Source: a candidate division TM6 bacterium RIFCSPHIGHO2_12_FULL_36_22 (lineage in GTDB: Bacteria; Babelota; Babeliae; Babelales; UBA12409). Taken from it: a stretch of 64,000 nucleotides of DNA. Location: NCBI GenBank assembly GCA_001771315.1, contig METK01000008.1, forward strand, positions 30,624 through 94,623, in the 5' to 3' direction. The notes under the pieces are model-generated. The model did not search any database and was not told the DNA's origin. It saw only the letters and a list, made by a program, of their open reading frames with translations. Positions 46,911 through 55,081 of the stretch are shown piece by piece (within the stretch, counting starts at the first letter, position 1; every line of letters begins with the position of its first letter). A program made the position numbers and the translations under genes.

Positions 46911-46983
46911 CCAAATATACTCGGTAATTGATAGTTAATCTGTTTATTGATCCAGTATATCAAAATGGTAATTATCTTCTAGC

Positions 46984-47031
46984 GAACTACTCACACCTAA
47001 AGGAGCGAGAATGTGCGAGTTTTTCATTCAA
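46984..47031 (+). repeat. 48-bp palindromic intergenic repeat, copy 3
   Basis: GAACTACTCACACCTAAAGGAGCGAGAATGTGCGAGTTTTTCATTCAA. Its 3' arm overlaps the last codons and the stop of ORF 47024..47302. Confidence 0.8.
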
Positions 47032-47302
47032 TAACACGAAATATCCCCCTAAAATCCTTAACTTGTAAATAAGGTTCTACTTTGAGGTCATCAGGCTTAC
47101 ATCTACCAGCACCAAAATAAAGCAAATCGATAAACTGATCGATCGCATCGGCAGCACCATTGGCAACAATGGTTACATTCTTTGGGTCATTAATAAATGC
47201 CATCCCTTCAATACCTGACTGACCCGCACTTTCCTGAATGTACGTTTTCAGGCTCACGTTCTGTAATGCTATAGAAAGCATTATTTGTACGCACTGCTTC
47301 AT
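47024..47302 (-). CDS. small acylphosphatase-like-fold protein (motif-degenerate)
   Basis: 92 aa. GIEGMAFINDPKNVTIVANGAADAIDQFIDLL ... FRVIE resembles the acylphosphatase-like topology, but the V-x-G-x-VQGV-x-FR phosphate loop is absent (LSIALQNVSLKTY). Confidence 0.4.
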   Translation of the reverse strand: MKQCVQIMLSIALQNVSLKTYIQESAGQSGIEGMAFINDPKNVTIVANGAADAIDQFIDLLYFGAGRCKPDDLKVEPYLQVKDFRGIFRVIE

Positions 47303-47419
47303 TATCCTTCTCTCCTTTTTTTTACAAGAATTTCACGCTTTGCGCATTTTGTTTCTTGCGCTACACTATATATAAATTGCCCAAAAAGTATAGTCACTGT
47401 ATAGAGTTAAGGAATCCTG

Positions 47420-48877
47420 GTGTCAGAAATTCGTAATATTCAAACAAATGAACCCATTCGAGTTCGATTTGCACCATCCCCAACCGGAATCATGCATCTA
47501 GGTAATATCAGAACTGCATTGATGAATTTTCTATTTGCTCGGCAAAAAAATGGCATTTTCGTCTTGCGTATTGAAGATACAGATCCACAAAGAGATTTCG
47601 ATCCAGAAGGTCGCCAAATTATTCAAGACCTCGAATGGCTCGGTTTGTCATATGATGAAGGACCACACAAAGGTGGCCCATATGCCCCATATTATCAATC
47701 ACAACGTTCAGCTATTTATCAAGAACAACTTAATGTTCTTATTAAAAATAAATCCGTATATCGTTGTTTTTGTACAACTACCGAGTTAGAAACAAAACGC
47801 CAAAGGCAAATTACACTGAAACAGCCTCCACGCTATGATCAAACTTGTTACAAGTTATCGAAGGAAGCAATTGCTGATAAGCTTGCAATTGATACACCTT
47901 TTATTTGGCGATTTCATATTGATCAAAATAAAAAAGCCGAATTCAAGGATTTAGGCCATGGAAATATGTCATTTGATCTTGTAAATTTTTCTGATTTTCC
48001 TTTAACCAGACAAGATGGCAGCTTTACCTTTATCTTTGCAAACTGTGTTGATGATATTGCTATGAAAATCAACTACGTTTTCCGTGGTGATGATCACACA
48101 TCTAATACGGTTAATCAGGTAGTTTTATATCAGGCATTTAATGCTAAGTTGCCTATTTATTGGCATATGCCAATAATATGTAATTTAGAAGGAAAAAAAC
48201 TCTCAAAACGTGAGTTTGGTTTTTCATTACGTGATTTACGCGAAGCTGGTTTTCTATCGGAAGCAATTAATAATTATTTGAGTATCATTGGTGCTTCTTT
48301 TGAAAACGAAATTCTCACTCTCGATGAAATTATTGCTCAGTATAATTTTGACAACATATCATCAGCAAATCAGATTAAATATGATGTTGAAAAGCTTCGA
48401 TGGATTAATCATAAATGGATTGGTCAATTAGATACTCAAGAATTGCTTAAACGTTGCATGCCTATCCTCGAAAAAAATTATAGTGATATTGCACAACAAG
48501 ATCACAATACCTTACTCAATCTTATTGCACTTGTACAAACTGACTTAGTAACACTCAATGATGTTGTACCCGCTGTACGATTCTATTTTATCAAACCTGT
48601 AATTGCTTCTGATCAGATACAAGCTATTAAACCAAATGCGCCACTTGAAAAGATTTCAAAAATTCTTTCAAATAACTTAGAATTACTTAAAGACTCAGAA
48701 AATTTTTTGAAAATTGTTACAGTTACTGCTAAGGAAGCTGGAATTAAATTATCTGACATGATGCCAATCATACGTATGATATTAACAGGCAGCCCACAAG
48801 GCCCACACATCGGCCAAATCATTACAATCCTCGGTTGGCAAGAAGCAGAAGCTCGCTTTCAATCTTATTTTGGATAA
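47420..48877 (+). CDS. gltX: glutamyl-tRNA synthetase
   Basis: 485 aa, GTG start. RVRFAPSPTGIMHLGNIRTAL (HIGH), KLSKR (KMSKS), and the class I GluRS anticodon-binding C-terminus. Confidence 0.95.
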   Translation: MSEIRNIQTNEPIRVRFAPSPTGIMHLGNIRTALMNFLFARQKNGIFVLRIEDTDPQRDFDPEGRQIIQDLEWLGLSYDEGPHKGGPYAPYYQSQRSAIYQEQLNVLIKNKSVYRCFCTTTELETKRQRQITLKQPPRYDQTCYKLSKEAIADKLAIDTPFIWRFHIDQNKKAEFKDLGHGNMSFDLVNFSDFPLTRQDGSFTFIFANCVDDIAMKINYVFRGDDHTSNTVNQVVLYQAFNAKLPIYWHMPIICNLEGKKLSKREFGFSLRDLREAGFLSEAINNYLSIIGASFENEILTLDEIIAQYNFDNISSANQIKYDVEKLRWINHKWIGQLDTQELLKRCMPILEKNYSDIAQQDHNTLLNLIALVQTDLVTLNDVVPAVRFYFIKPVIASDQIQAIKPNAPLEKISKILSNNLELLKDSENFLKIVTVTAKEAGIKLSDMMPIIRMILTGSPQGPHIGQIITILGWQEAEARFQSYFG

Positions 48878-48928
48878 ACTTTAAAAAATACCTTTTCTAA
48901 AACCCCCCCATAACTATTAAGGGAAACT

Positions 48929-50137
48929 ATGTCTACCAAGCAATCGGCCCCGATTCAAAAAATCGGTTTGTTTACTGCAACGATTATCAGCATGAACTGT
49001 ATGATGGGTTCTGGTATCTTTGTTACACCAGTAGAACTTTCCACCATGGCTGGTCCCGCAGCTATCCTCAGTATGCTTTTTGTTGTAGTAGCAGTTTGGT
49101 TTATGGCTATGTCAATCGCTCGTGTCGCTTCTATTATTGCAGCCGAGGGTTCCTTTTATGCATATGTAAAATCATGGGCAGGCCATACAATCGGTGTTAT
49201 TGCGGCCAGTCTTTATGTTTTAGGATTAGTTATTGCCATGGGTGGATTACTTGGCCATGTTGCTGGTGCTTATGCCTACAAGGTATTACATATAGGAACA
49301 CCATGGGGATTAGGATTGACGATATTGTTATTGTTAACGTTCCTTAATTTGTTAGGCGTTGTCATATCAAAGGCTATACAATATGTCATTATTACACTTA
49401 CAGTTTTGGCACTCTTATCAACCACAATCATATGCTTTTTTCATGCCGACATAAACAATCTATTTCCATTTGCTCCGCATGGCGCATGGGGAATCTTTCA
49501 AGCTATGCAAGTATTTATTTTAGGCCTTTTTGGATTTGAAGCAGCAGCATCATTATTTCCAATTGTAGAAAATGCCTCAAAAAATATCCCTAAAGCATTA
49601 GCATATGCTATTTCTGCTGTTGGTGTTTTGTACATCTTGTTTGTTTTTTCAATTATTCTTGCTGTTCCAACACATATTTTCACAACTTCTGATATGCCAA
49701 TAACTGAAGCCTTAGGACAAGTACTTCGTTATGGTAGTTGGATTTTACCATTTATTAATATTGCCATTGTAACCGCAGTTAGTGGTGTATTGCATTCAAT
49801 GATCTGGAGCTCAAGTAGTTTAACATTTTCACTTTTAAAAAATTTAAAATCTCCTTGGGTTAAAAATTTAATAAAAAATAAGGTTATTACCCCCCGTATA
49901 AGTGTTTTGATTGTTGGCATACCAATCATTCTATGTCATTTACCAAAACCTAATTTTGGACTTATATTTCCACTTGTTGCTGCATCAATTGTTACCGCAT
50001 ACATTCTTGCAATGTGGAGCTTACTCTCAACAAAATACAACAAGAGTGTAATTACTTACATTGGATTATTAACGGCTTTCATTATTCTTTTATCAGCACT
50101 CGGTGGTGCTTATATCGCAATAACAAGATTATTTTAA
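48929..50137 (+). CDS. APC-superfamily amino acid/polyamine permease
   Basis: 402 aa with about 11-12 TM helices. The N-terminal LFTATIISMNCMMGSGIFVTP motif is typical of the APC family. Confidence 0.7.
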   Translation: MSTKQSAPIQKIGLFTATIISMNCMMGSGIFVTPVELSTMAGPAAILSMLFVVVAVWFMAMSIARVASIIAAEGSFYAYVKSWAGHTIGVIAASLYVLGLVIAMGGLLGHVAGAYAYKVLHIGTPWGLGLTILLLLTFLNLLGVVISKAIQYVIITLTVLALLSTTIICFFHADINNLFPFAPHGAWGIFQAMQVFILGLFGFEAAASLFPIVENASKNIPKALAYAISAVGVLYILFVFSIILAVPTHIFTTSDMPITEALGQVLRYGSWILPFINIAIVTAVSGVLHSMIWSSSSLTFSLLKNLKSPWVKNLIKNKVITPRISVLIVGIPIILCHLPKPNFGLIFPLVAASIVTAYILAMWSLLSTKYNKSVITYIGLLTAFIILLSALGGAYIAITRLF

Positions 50138-50139
50138 AA

Positions 50140-50177
50140 AACAAATAGTTGCTCTGGTGTTAAAATCCGGAGCAACT
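50140..50177 (-). terminator. hairpin terminator between convergent genes
   Basis: AGTTGCTC-(15 nt)-GAGCAACT. On the minus strand it is followed by ATTTGTTTTTT. Confidence 0.5.
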
Positions 50178-50202
50178 TACTATTAAATTAAAAATTAGCT
50201 GT

Positions 50203-50448
50203 TTATGGTTTTAATCGATTTGGTAATTTTTTAACATTTAACGCTGCACCTTTTTGTTCCATAAGTTGCATAAAGTAAAGAAACTCTTCTTCCTTGTCAG
50301 GAGATATAAAGAATTCAAAAATATTTTTTTGAACATCTATGGTTCTATCAAAAGCAAGATGATCATGACTGCGCAAAATTGCAGTGATATACCATCCAAA
50401 TTGTTTTGGAATTTCAGCCTGGTAATAAAGAGAATACGTCATAATCAA
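50203..50448 (-). CDS. hypothetical 81-aa protein
   Basis: MIMTYSLYYQAEIPKQFGWYITAILRSHDHLAFDRTIDVQKNIFEFFISPDKEEEFLYFMQLMEQKGAALNVKKLPNRL. A compact, non-low-complexity ORF with a downstream terminator. Family not recognised. Confidence 0.5.
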   Translation of the reverse strand: MIMTYSLYYQAEIPKQFGWYITAILRSHDHLAFDRTIDVQKNIFEFFISPDKEEEFLYFMQLMEQKGAALNVKKLPNRLKP

Positions 50449-50617
50449 TCAACCTTTGAAAAAATTATATTTTCTAGGTACAGTATAACAAAAAGCATAA
50501 GAGTGTGAAAATTTATGCAGAAATTTCTAGTCATTGACGGGATTGAATTGATGCTATAAGGTATCGATAATGGGAATTTTTGAATAGAAAGGCAGAGCCT
50601 TGCAAAGGATGATAGTA

Positions 50618-52156
50618 ATGAAGAAATGGAGCTCTTTCTACAAACTGTGTTTGGTTGTGTTATTAGCCACCACACAGGTGATAGTTGCTACCGACATCAC
50701 AACATTGAATAACAACGACCCAATGCCAATGTTCACCACTCAATATCCATATGCTTTGCTTGGCATTGCTGAACAAGAATACATTAAATCAAATCATAGA
50801 ACTGCATGTCCTAATCATTTTGGTTTAGCGATTACACCGTTCTACCAAAGAGCTTCATCAGGTAAAGATACATGTGGCAACAAAGCTGAACTTGGGGATA
50901 TTAAAGGGTTATGGAACATGTTGGCGCTCCTTAATGACACAGCAGATACCAATCCATCACCCTGTTCCATTCCATTATTAACGACAATTGGCGATACGCT
51001 TCTTGAAGAAATTGAAAAGGTATTCGGTTCAGAAGCAGATACCCCAACAGAGCTTAATACGATTAAACATATTCTTGAAACACAACAATCAAATTCTCTT
51101 TTAAGACAAACATTTGGTTACTTTTCCGTTGATGCAAAGTACAATAAGCGTGGCGTTCGTTTCCAAATTGAGTCGGTACTATGTGGCGGGTTTGGTTTCT
51201 CTCTTAAATCTGGCATCTCAAGCATTTCATTTTGTCCTAACTTTATAGATCAAACAGCAAGTGCAACCCAATACAATCCTTTAGCACCAAAAATAGTTGA
51301 TGGCTCCGATACTAATATTTCAATAAGCAGTTGGGAAGGTGTTATTAAAATTGTATCTAATGAGGTTATGTCACAACTTGATGCGATCGCTAAAGCTATT
51401 GATCTTGATATTTGTCCGTATAGAAAAACTGACATGGAAGATCTGTATGGAGAATTATTCTGGCGACATCCATTCCAAATTAACAAACGTGCACGCACAG
51501 GAGAATGGCCGAAGTTCCTATTTATACCTATGATGGTACTTGGCGGTAGTTTGGATATTGCAAAACCTGTTGATCCTTCTAAAGCATTTGCAATCCCAGC
51601 TGGCAACAATGGTCACCGTTCTTGGTATGTTCGCGGTGGTTTTTCATTCGATTTCTATGAAACAATTAACTTATCTGTTGCTGCTGGTTATACGGCTTTC
51701 AACTCAAAAAACTTTAATAATGTATTTGTACCAAGTTCACAGGCTCAATCAAGTATATTTCCTTGTAAGGTCAGTATCTGTAAAAAACCAGGTAGTAACT
51801 TTGATTCTAGTATTGGTTTTAATAGCTATCACTTCCTTGCTGGAACTAATTCGCCTCTCGATAAGTTGTCATTTTACTTCCAATATCGTTATATGAGCCA
51901 TCAAACTGATACTATTACTCTAAATCAGGATTCAGCCGATTGTAATTCAAGCACTTATACAGCCGAAGAATTAGCCCTATTCCTTCCAAATCATCTAGAA
52001 TGTGTAAGCGGCTTTTCCGTGCAGGTTTTCAATATAGGCTTTAATTACGATATTTCACCCAATATGCTTATTGGATTTGCCGCCCAGATCCCATATAAAC
52101 GCAAAGGCGCATTCAGATCAACCACCCTTCTGGGATCTATGGAATTTACCTTCTAA
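50618..52156 (+). CDS. Cys-rich outer-membrane beta-barrel (MOMP/porin-like) protein
   Basis: ATG at 50618 (MKKWSSFYKLCLVVLLATTQVIVA signal); the track start at 50600 is TTG. The sequence has alternating beta-strand character and ends MEFTF with the terminal aromatic OMP signature. I count ten Cys in the mature part. Confidence 0.6.
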   Translation: MKKWSSFYKLCLVVLLATTQVIVATDITTLNNNDPMPMFTTQYPYALLGIAEQEYIKSNHRTACPNHFGLAITPFYQRASSGKDTCGNKAELGDIKGLWNMLALLNDTADTNPSPCSIPLLTTIGDTLLEEIEKVFGSEADTPTELNTIKHILETQQSNSLLRQTFGYFSVDAKYNKRGVRFQIESVLCGGFGFSLKSGISSISFCPNFIDQTASATQYNPLAPKIVDGSDTNISISSWEGVIKIVSNEVMSQLDAIAKAIDLDICPYRKTDMEDLYGELFWRHPFQINKRARTGEWPKFLFIPMMVLGGSLDIAKPVDPSKAFAIPAGNNGHRSWYVRGGFSFDFYETINLSVAAGYTAFNSKNFNNVFVPSSQAQSSIFPCKVSICKKPGSNFDSSIGFNSYHFLAGTNSPLDKLSFYFQYRYMSHQTDTITLNQDSADCNSSTYTAEELALFLPNHLECVSGFSVQVFNIGFNYDISPNMLIGFAAQIPYKRKGAFRSTTLLGSMEFTF

Positions 52157-52467
52157 GCTGTTCTGGTTAAATTTACGGCGATTAGATAAAATAGATATGG
52201 TGTTAATTTTTTGCCTTACAGAGGCCAAATTCACCCTAATCTGACGGTATATAACCAGAATCTTCCTACATAAGCTACTATATTTAACAGATGAGGCTTC
52301 AGCTGTCTAATAATGGGACATTATGGATTTTTTGAACAAAACAATATTATGCGATAGTTTATTGCTATTTAGATTTTCTTTTTGATATAGTATCTATTAG
52401 AAGTATTACTAACACAATAAGAAAGTTAAAGATTAAATAAATCCGATTAATATGAAAGGAAGTAGTA

Positions 52468-52752
52468 ATGAAAAAATTACTAGTATTAAGCTTAGGTCTG
52501 CTTACAAGTTCCGTTTTTTCAGGTGTTACATATATTTCGTGCAAAAATAAGGATACTGGAGACAAAGGAAGCATAACTATTTCTTGGCATAAACCTAAAC
52601 CTGGCCAACAACAAAAACCTAAACCTGGCCAACAACAAATATATACTTGGAACAGTACAAATGGTAAAAATGGTAGCTCGAATTTGAGGCCTGGATGCCA
52701 GGATGTTTTTGGCGAAGATTATCATACAGATAAAGTTATAACTTCCTCATAA
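52468..52752 (+). CDS. small secreted protein with KPKPGQQQ tandem repeat
   Basis: 94 aa. Signal peptide MKKLLVLSLGLLTSSVFSG, GGAAG SD, internal duplicated octapeptide. Confidence 0.55.
   Translation: MKKLLVLSLGLLTSSVFSGVTYISCKNKDTGDKGSITISWHKPKPGQQQKPKPGQQQIYTWNSTNGKNGSSNLRPGCQDVFGEDYHTDKVITSS
52591..52638 (+). repeat. perfect 24-bp direct tandem repeat x2 inside a CDS
   Basis: AAACCTAAACCTGGCCAACAACAA occurs twice back to back (52591..52614 and 52615..52638). Confidence 0.9.
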
Positions 52753-52875
52753 AAAGTATATACCAAGATAATGTCAATTTTAGAGCATAACACTTGAATT
52801 TTTCTAATAGAAACCTTCAAAAAACCTTATTCAGGGATAAAGTTAAGCAACTTTCTTGATATATTGTTGATAATT

Positions 52876-52921
52876 TCAGCTCGCCCTAAAGGAGCGAGAA
52901 TGCGCGAGCTTTTTCGTTCAA
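52876..52921 (+). repeat. 48-bp palindromic intergenic repeat, copy 4 (5' arm degenerate)
   Basis: CAGCTCGCCCTAAAGGAGCGAGAATGCGCGAGCTTTTTCGTTCAA. Confidence 0.75.
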
Positions 52922-52964
52922 TCACAGGCCTTCAGTCTCATATGTATTAAACCAGTACAACCTC

Positions 52965-52993
52965 TGGACAAATGGTGCCTAAGGCTTTATAAT
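52965..52993 (+). promoter_or_regulatory. sigma70-like promoter for rpsU-rbfA-pilD
   Basis: TGGACA-N17-TATAAT, located 58 nt upstream of the rpsU ATG. Confidence 0.55.
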
Positions 52994-53050
52994 GTATCTA
53001 TAAGTGTAAAATTCGTATAACGCATAAACTCGTAAAGTAGTTGATTTTTA

Positions 53051-53260
53051 ATGAATAAAGTAACAAACGTAAAAGTAGTTGTTCACAACCATGTTGATCG
53101 TGCGCTCAAGCAATTGAAAAAGAAAATTGAACGTGAAGGTGTCGTTCGTGATATGAAACGTGGTGTTTATTTTGAACCTCCTACACAAAAACGACGTAAG
53201 CGCCTTATTCGCGCTATCAAACAAAATATGATTCTTATGGCTGGCCAGGGTCAACTATAA
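53051..53260 (+). CDS. rpsU: 30S ribosomal protein S21
   Basis: 69 aa. VKVVVHNHVDRALKQLKKKIEREGVVRDMKRGVYFEPPTQKRRKR is the S21 pattern. Confidence 0.9.
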   Translation: MNKVTNVKVVVHNHVDRALKQLKKKIEREGVVRDMKRGVYFEPPTQKRRKRLIRAIKQNMILMAGQGQL

Positions 53261-53264
53261 AATT

Positions 53265-53630
53265 ATGCGTTCGACAGTACAAGATATCAAACGAAGACAA
53301 AAAGAGTCTTTGTTATATAGAGAAATATCCAAACTCTTTCTTGAAGTTGCATTAGATAATCCTGGTTTTCAATCTTTATTTATTAATAAGGTTGTATTAT
53401 CACCAGACAAGGGTTTATGTACTGTTTATTTTTATTCCCCTAAAGGCATTGATTTTTTCAAAACACAGCTTGAAGCATTAAAATTGTTTAAGCCATCTTT
53501 GCGGAAAGCCTTATCTCAAACAATCAATTCTCGTCGTGTACCACAAATTGTATTTGCTTTTGATAGTCAATTAGAAAAGCAAGAACATATTGAACAGCTT
53601 TTGGATCAAATCAAACAAGAAAATGACTAA
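53265..53630 (+). CDS. rbfA: ribosome-binding factor A
   Basis: 121 aa. RRQKESLLYREISKLFLEV...VVLSPDKGLCTVYF is the RbfA KH-like pattern. Confidence 0.8.
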   Translation: MRSTVQDIKRRQKESLLYREISKLFLEVALDNPGFQSLFINKVVLSPDKGLCTVYFYSPKGIDFFKTQLEALKLFKPSLRKALSQTINSRRVPQIVFAFDSQLEKQEHIEQLLDQIKQEND

Positions 53631-54388
53631 TGATAGCATTGCTGTTATTAATTCCTATATTTTTTTGCCTTGGTTCTTTTTTGAATTGCATGGCTTATCG
53701 CTTAGTTCATCTTCAACATCCTCGTACGTCTCGCTCATGTTGTCCAGTATGTAAACAAATTATAGCATGGTATGATTTAATTCCTGTTATATCTTGGATA
53801 TTTTTACGGGCTCGTTGTCGTCGATGCGCTGCGCCGATTTCATTTTTGTATCCACTTATAGAATTACTTACGGTAATAATATTTTTAGGCTTAATATATA
53901 AAATTCCAATGGAATACCTTTTTGGTTACGGAATTTTTTTTGCTGCGCTTATTATCTCCATTCGCACTGATCTAGAAACAATGCTCATTTCTCGATTTGT
54001 AACCCTTTGTCTCATTCCTATTGGATTCATGCTCTCATTACTAGGGCTACTACCCATTCATTTTTCACAAGCTTTGTTGGGAACTATATTTGGTTATTTC
54101 ATTTTATGGGGAATTGCAAAAATGTTTTATCTTTTGACCGGTAAACATGGAATGGGTGAAGGTGATTATGATCTTTTAGCATTTATTGGAAGCTTTACCG
54201 GCGTAGTCGGCGTTTGGCTTTCATTACTATTGGGATCTGTTGTTGGAAGTATTGTAGGCATTCTATTAATTGCCTGGTCAGGAAAAAAGCAAATGACACA
54301 ACCAATTCCATTTGGACCATTTTTAGCCGGTGGAGCTATTTTATATGTGCTTTTTCAAACACAAATTACATCCTTTTTACTATATTAA
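53630..54388 (+). CDS. pilD: prepilin peptidase (A24 family)
   Basis: 252 aa. N-terminal Cys pairs CPVC...RCRRC, polytopic body, aspartate-containing GMGEGDYDLLAFIG. Confidence 0.85.
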   Translation: MIALLLLIPIFFCLGSFLNCMAYRLVHLQHPRTSRSCCPVCKQIIAWYDLIPVISWIFLRARCRRCAAPISFLYPLIELLTVIIFLGLIYKIPMEYLFGYGIFFAALIISIRTDLETMLISRFVTLCLIPIGFMLSLLGLLPIHFSQALLGTIFGYFILWGIAKMFYLLTGKHGMGEGDYDLLAFIGSFTGVVGVWLSLLLGSVVGSIVGILLIAWSGKKQMTQPIPFGPFLAGGAILYVLFQTQITSFLLY

Positions 54389-54837
54389 ACCAAGTCATCC
54401 TGCAATATCTTGATCACATGTTTATCATTGATTGTAATAATATCTGGCTTACCATCCCCATCAATATCCCCGACTGCCGCCGCAACAAAGCTGCCCTTAT
54501 TTGCATGTGTAATACCAGACAACAAATTACCTGCTGCGTGCAAATCACCTTCAAAGTAATTAATGCCGGGGAAACCCGCAAAACCATATGTATAAAGAAA
54601 TTTTCCTTCTGGACTCCATCCTATACCTTCTGATCCTGTTAACTGAGCCGAATACGTTCCATGCTCAGCCCAATGAGCTTTCTGTGCAGCATAAAGCGCG
54701 CCTAAGTTCAAATACACTTCTGTACGTTTAGCCTTAGCAACAAATCTCATGTAACTTGGAATACCAATCATTGCCAAAAACGCAATAATCGCAATAACAA
54801 TCATCAATTCAATGAGTGTGAAACCCTTACAATACAT
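54385..54837 (-). CDS. type IV pilin / pseudopilin
   Basis: Leader MYCKG then FTLIELMIVIAIIAFLAMIGIPSY (class III signal, N-methylation motif with Glu5). C-terminal DIDGDGKPD loop. ATG at 54837 with GGGAGAG upstream. Confidence 0.85.
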   Translation of the reverse strand: MYCKGFTLIELMIVIAIIAFLAMIGIPSYMRFVAKAKRTEVYLNLGALYAAQKAHWAEHGTYSAQLTGSEGIGWSPEGKFLYTYGFAGFPGINYFEGDLHAAGNLLSGITHANKGSFVAAAVGDIDGDGKPDIITINDKHVIKILQDDLV

Positions 54838-54995
54838 TATCAACTCTCCCGTATAAAAAATTAAATTTAAAGTTAAGAATCTTTTCTCATTGATAAAATT
54901 GGCTTAAAAAGCTTTATTCATATTGATTTTAAGCCGCTCACAAATTACTCTATTTGAAAATTTCACAAAGGGCTGTTAAGTTACTTATTATTATT

Positions 54996-55024
54996 TTGAC
55001 ATTTAAAAGTTTGGTACTTATATT
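54996..55024 (+). promoter_or_regulatory. sigma70-like promoter upstream of the folC-like/atp gene string
   Basis: TTGACA-N17-TATATT read directly from the sequence, about 58 nt upstream of the ATG at 55082. Confidence 0.5.
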
Positions 55025-55081
55025 GAAAGTATCAAGGTTTTATTAAAAATTCAAAATTTATATCTATACGGGGAAATCTCA

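Noticed and set aside
52591-52638. Direct repeats checked as a possible CRISPR array.
   Set aside because: There are only two abutting 24-bp units with no spacers, in frame inside a CDS. No CRISPR-like array or cas genes occur anywhere in the window.
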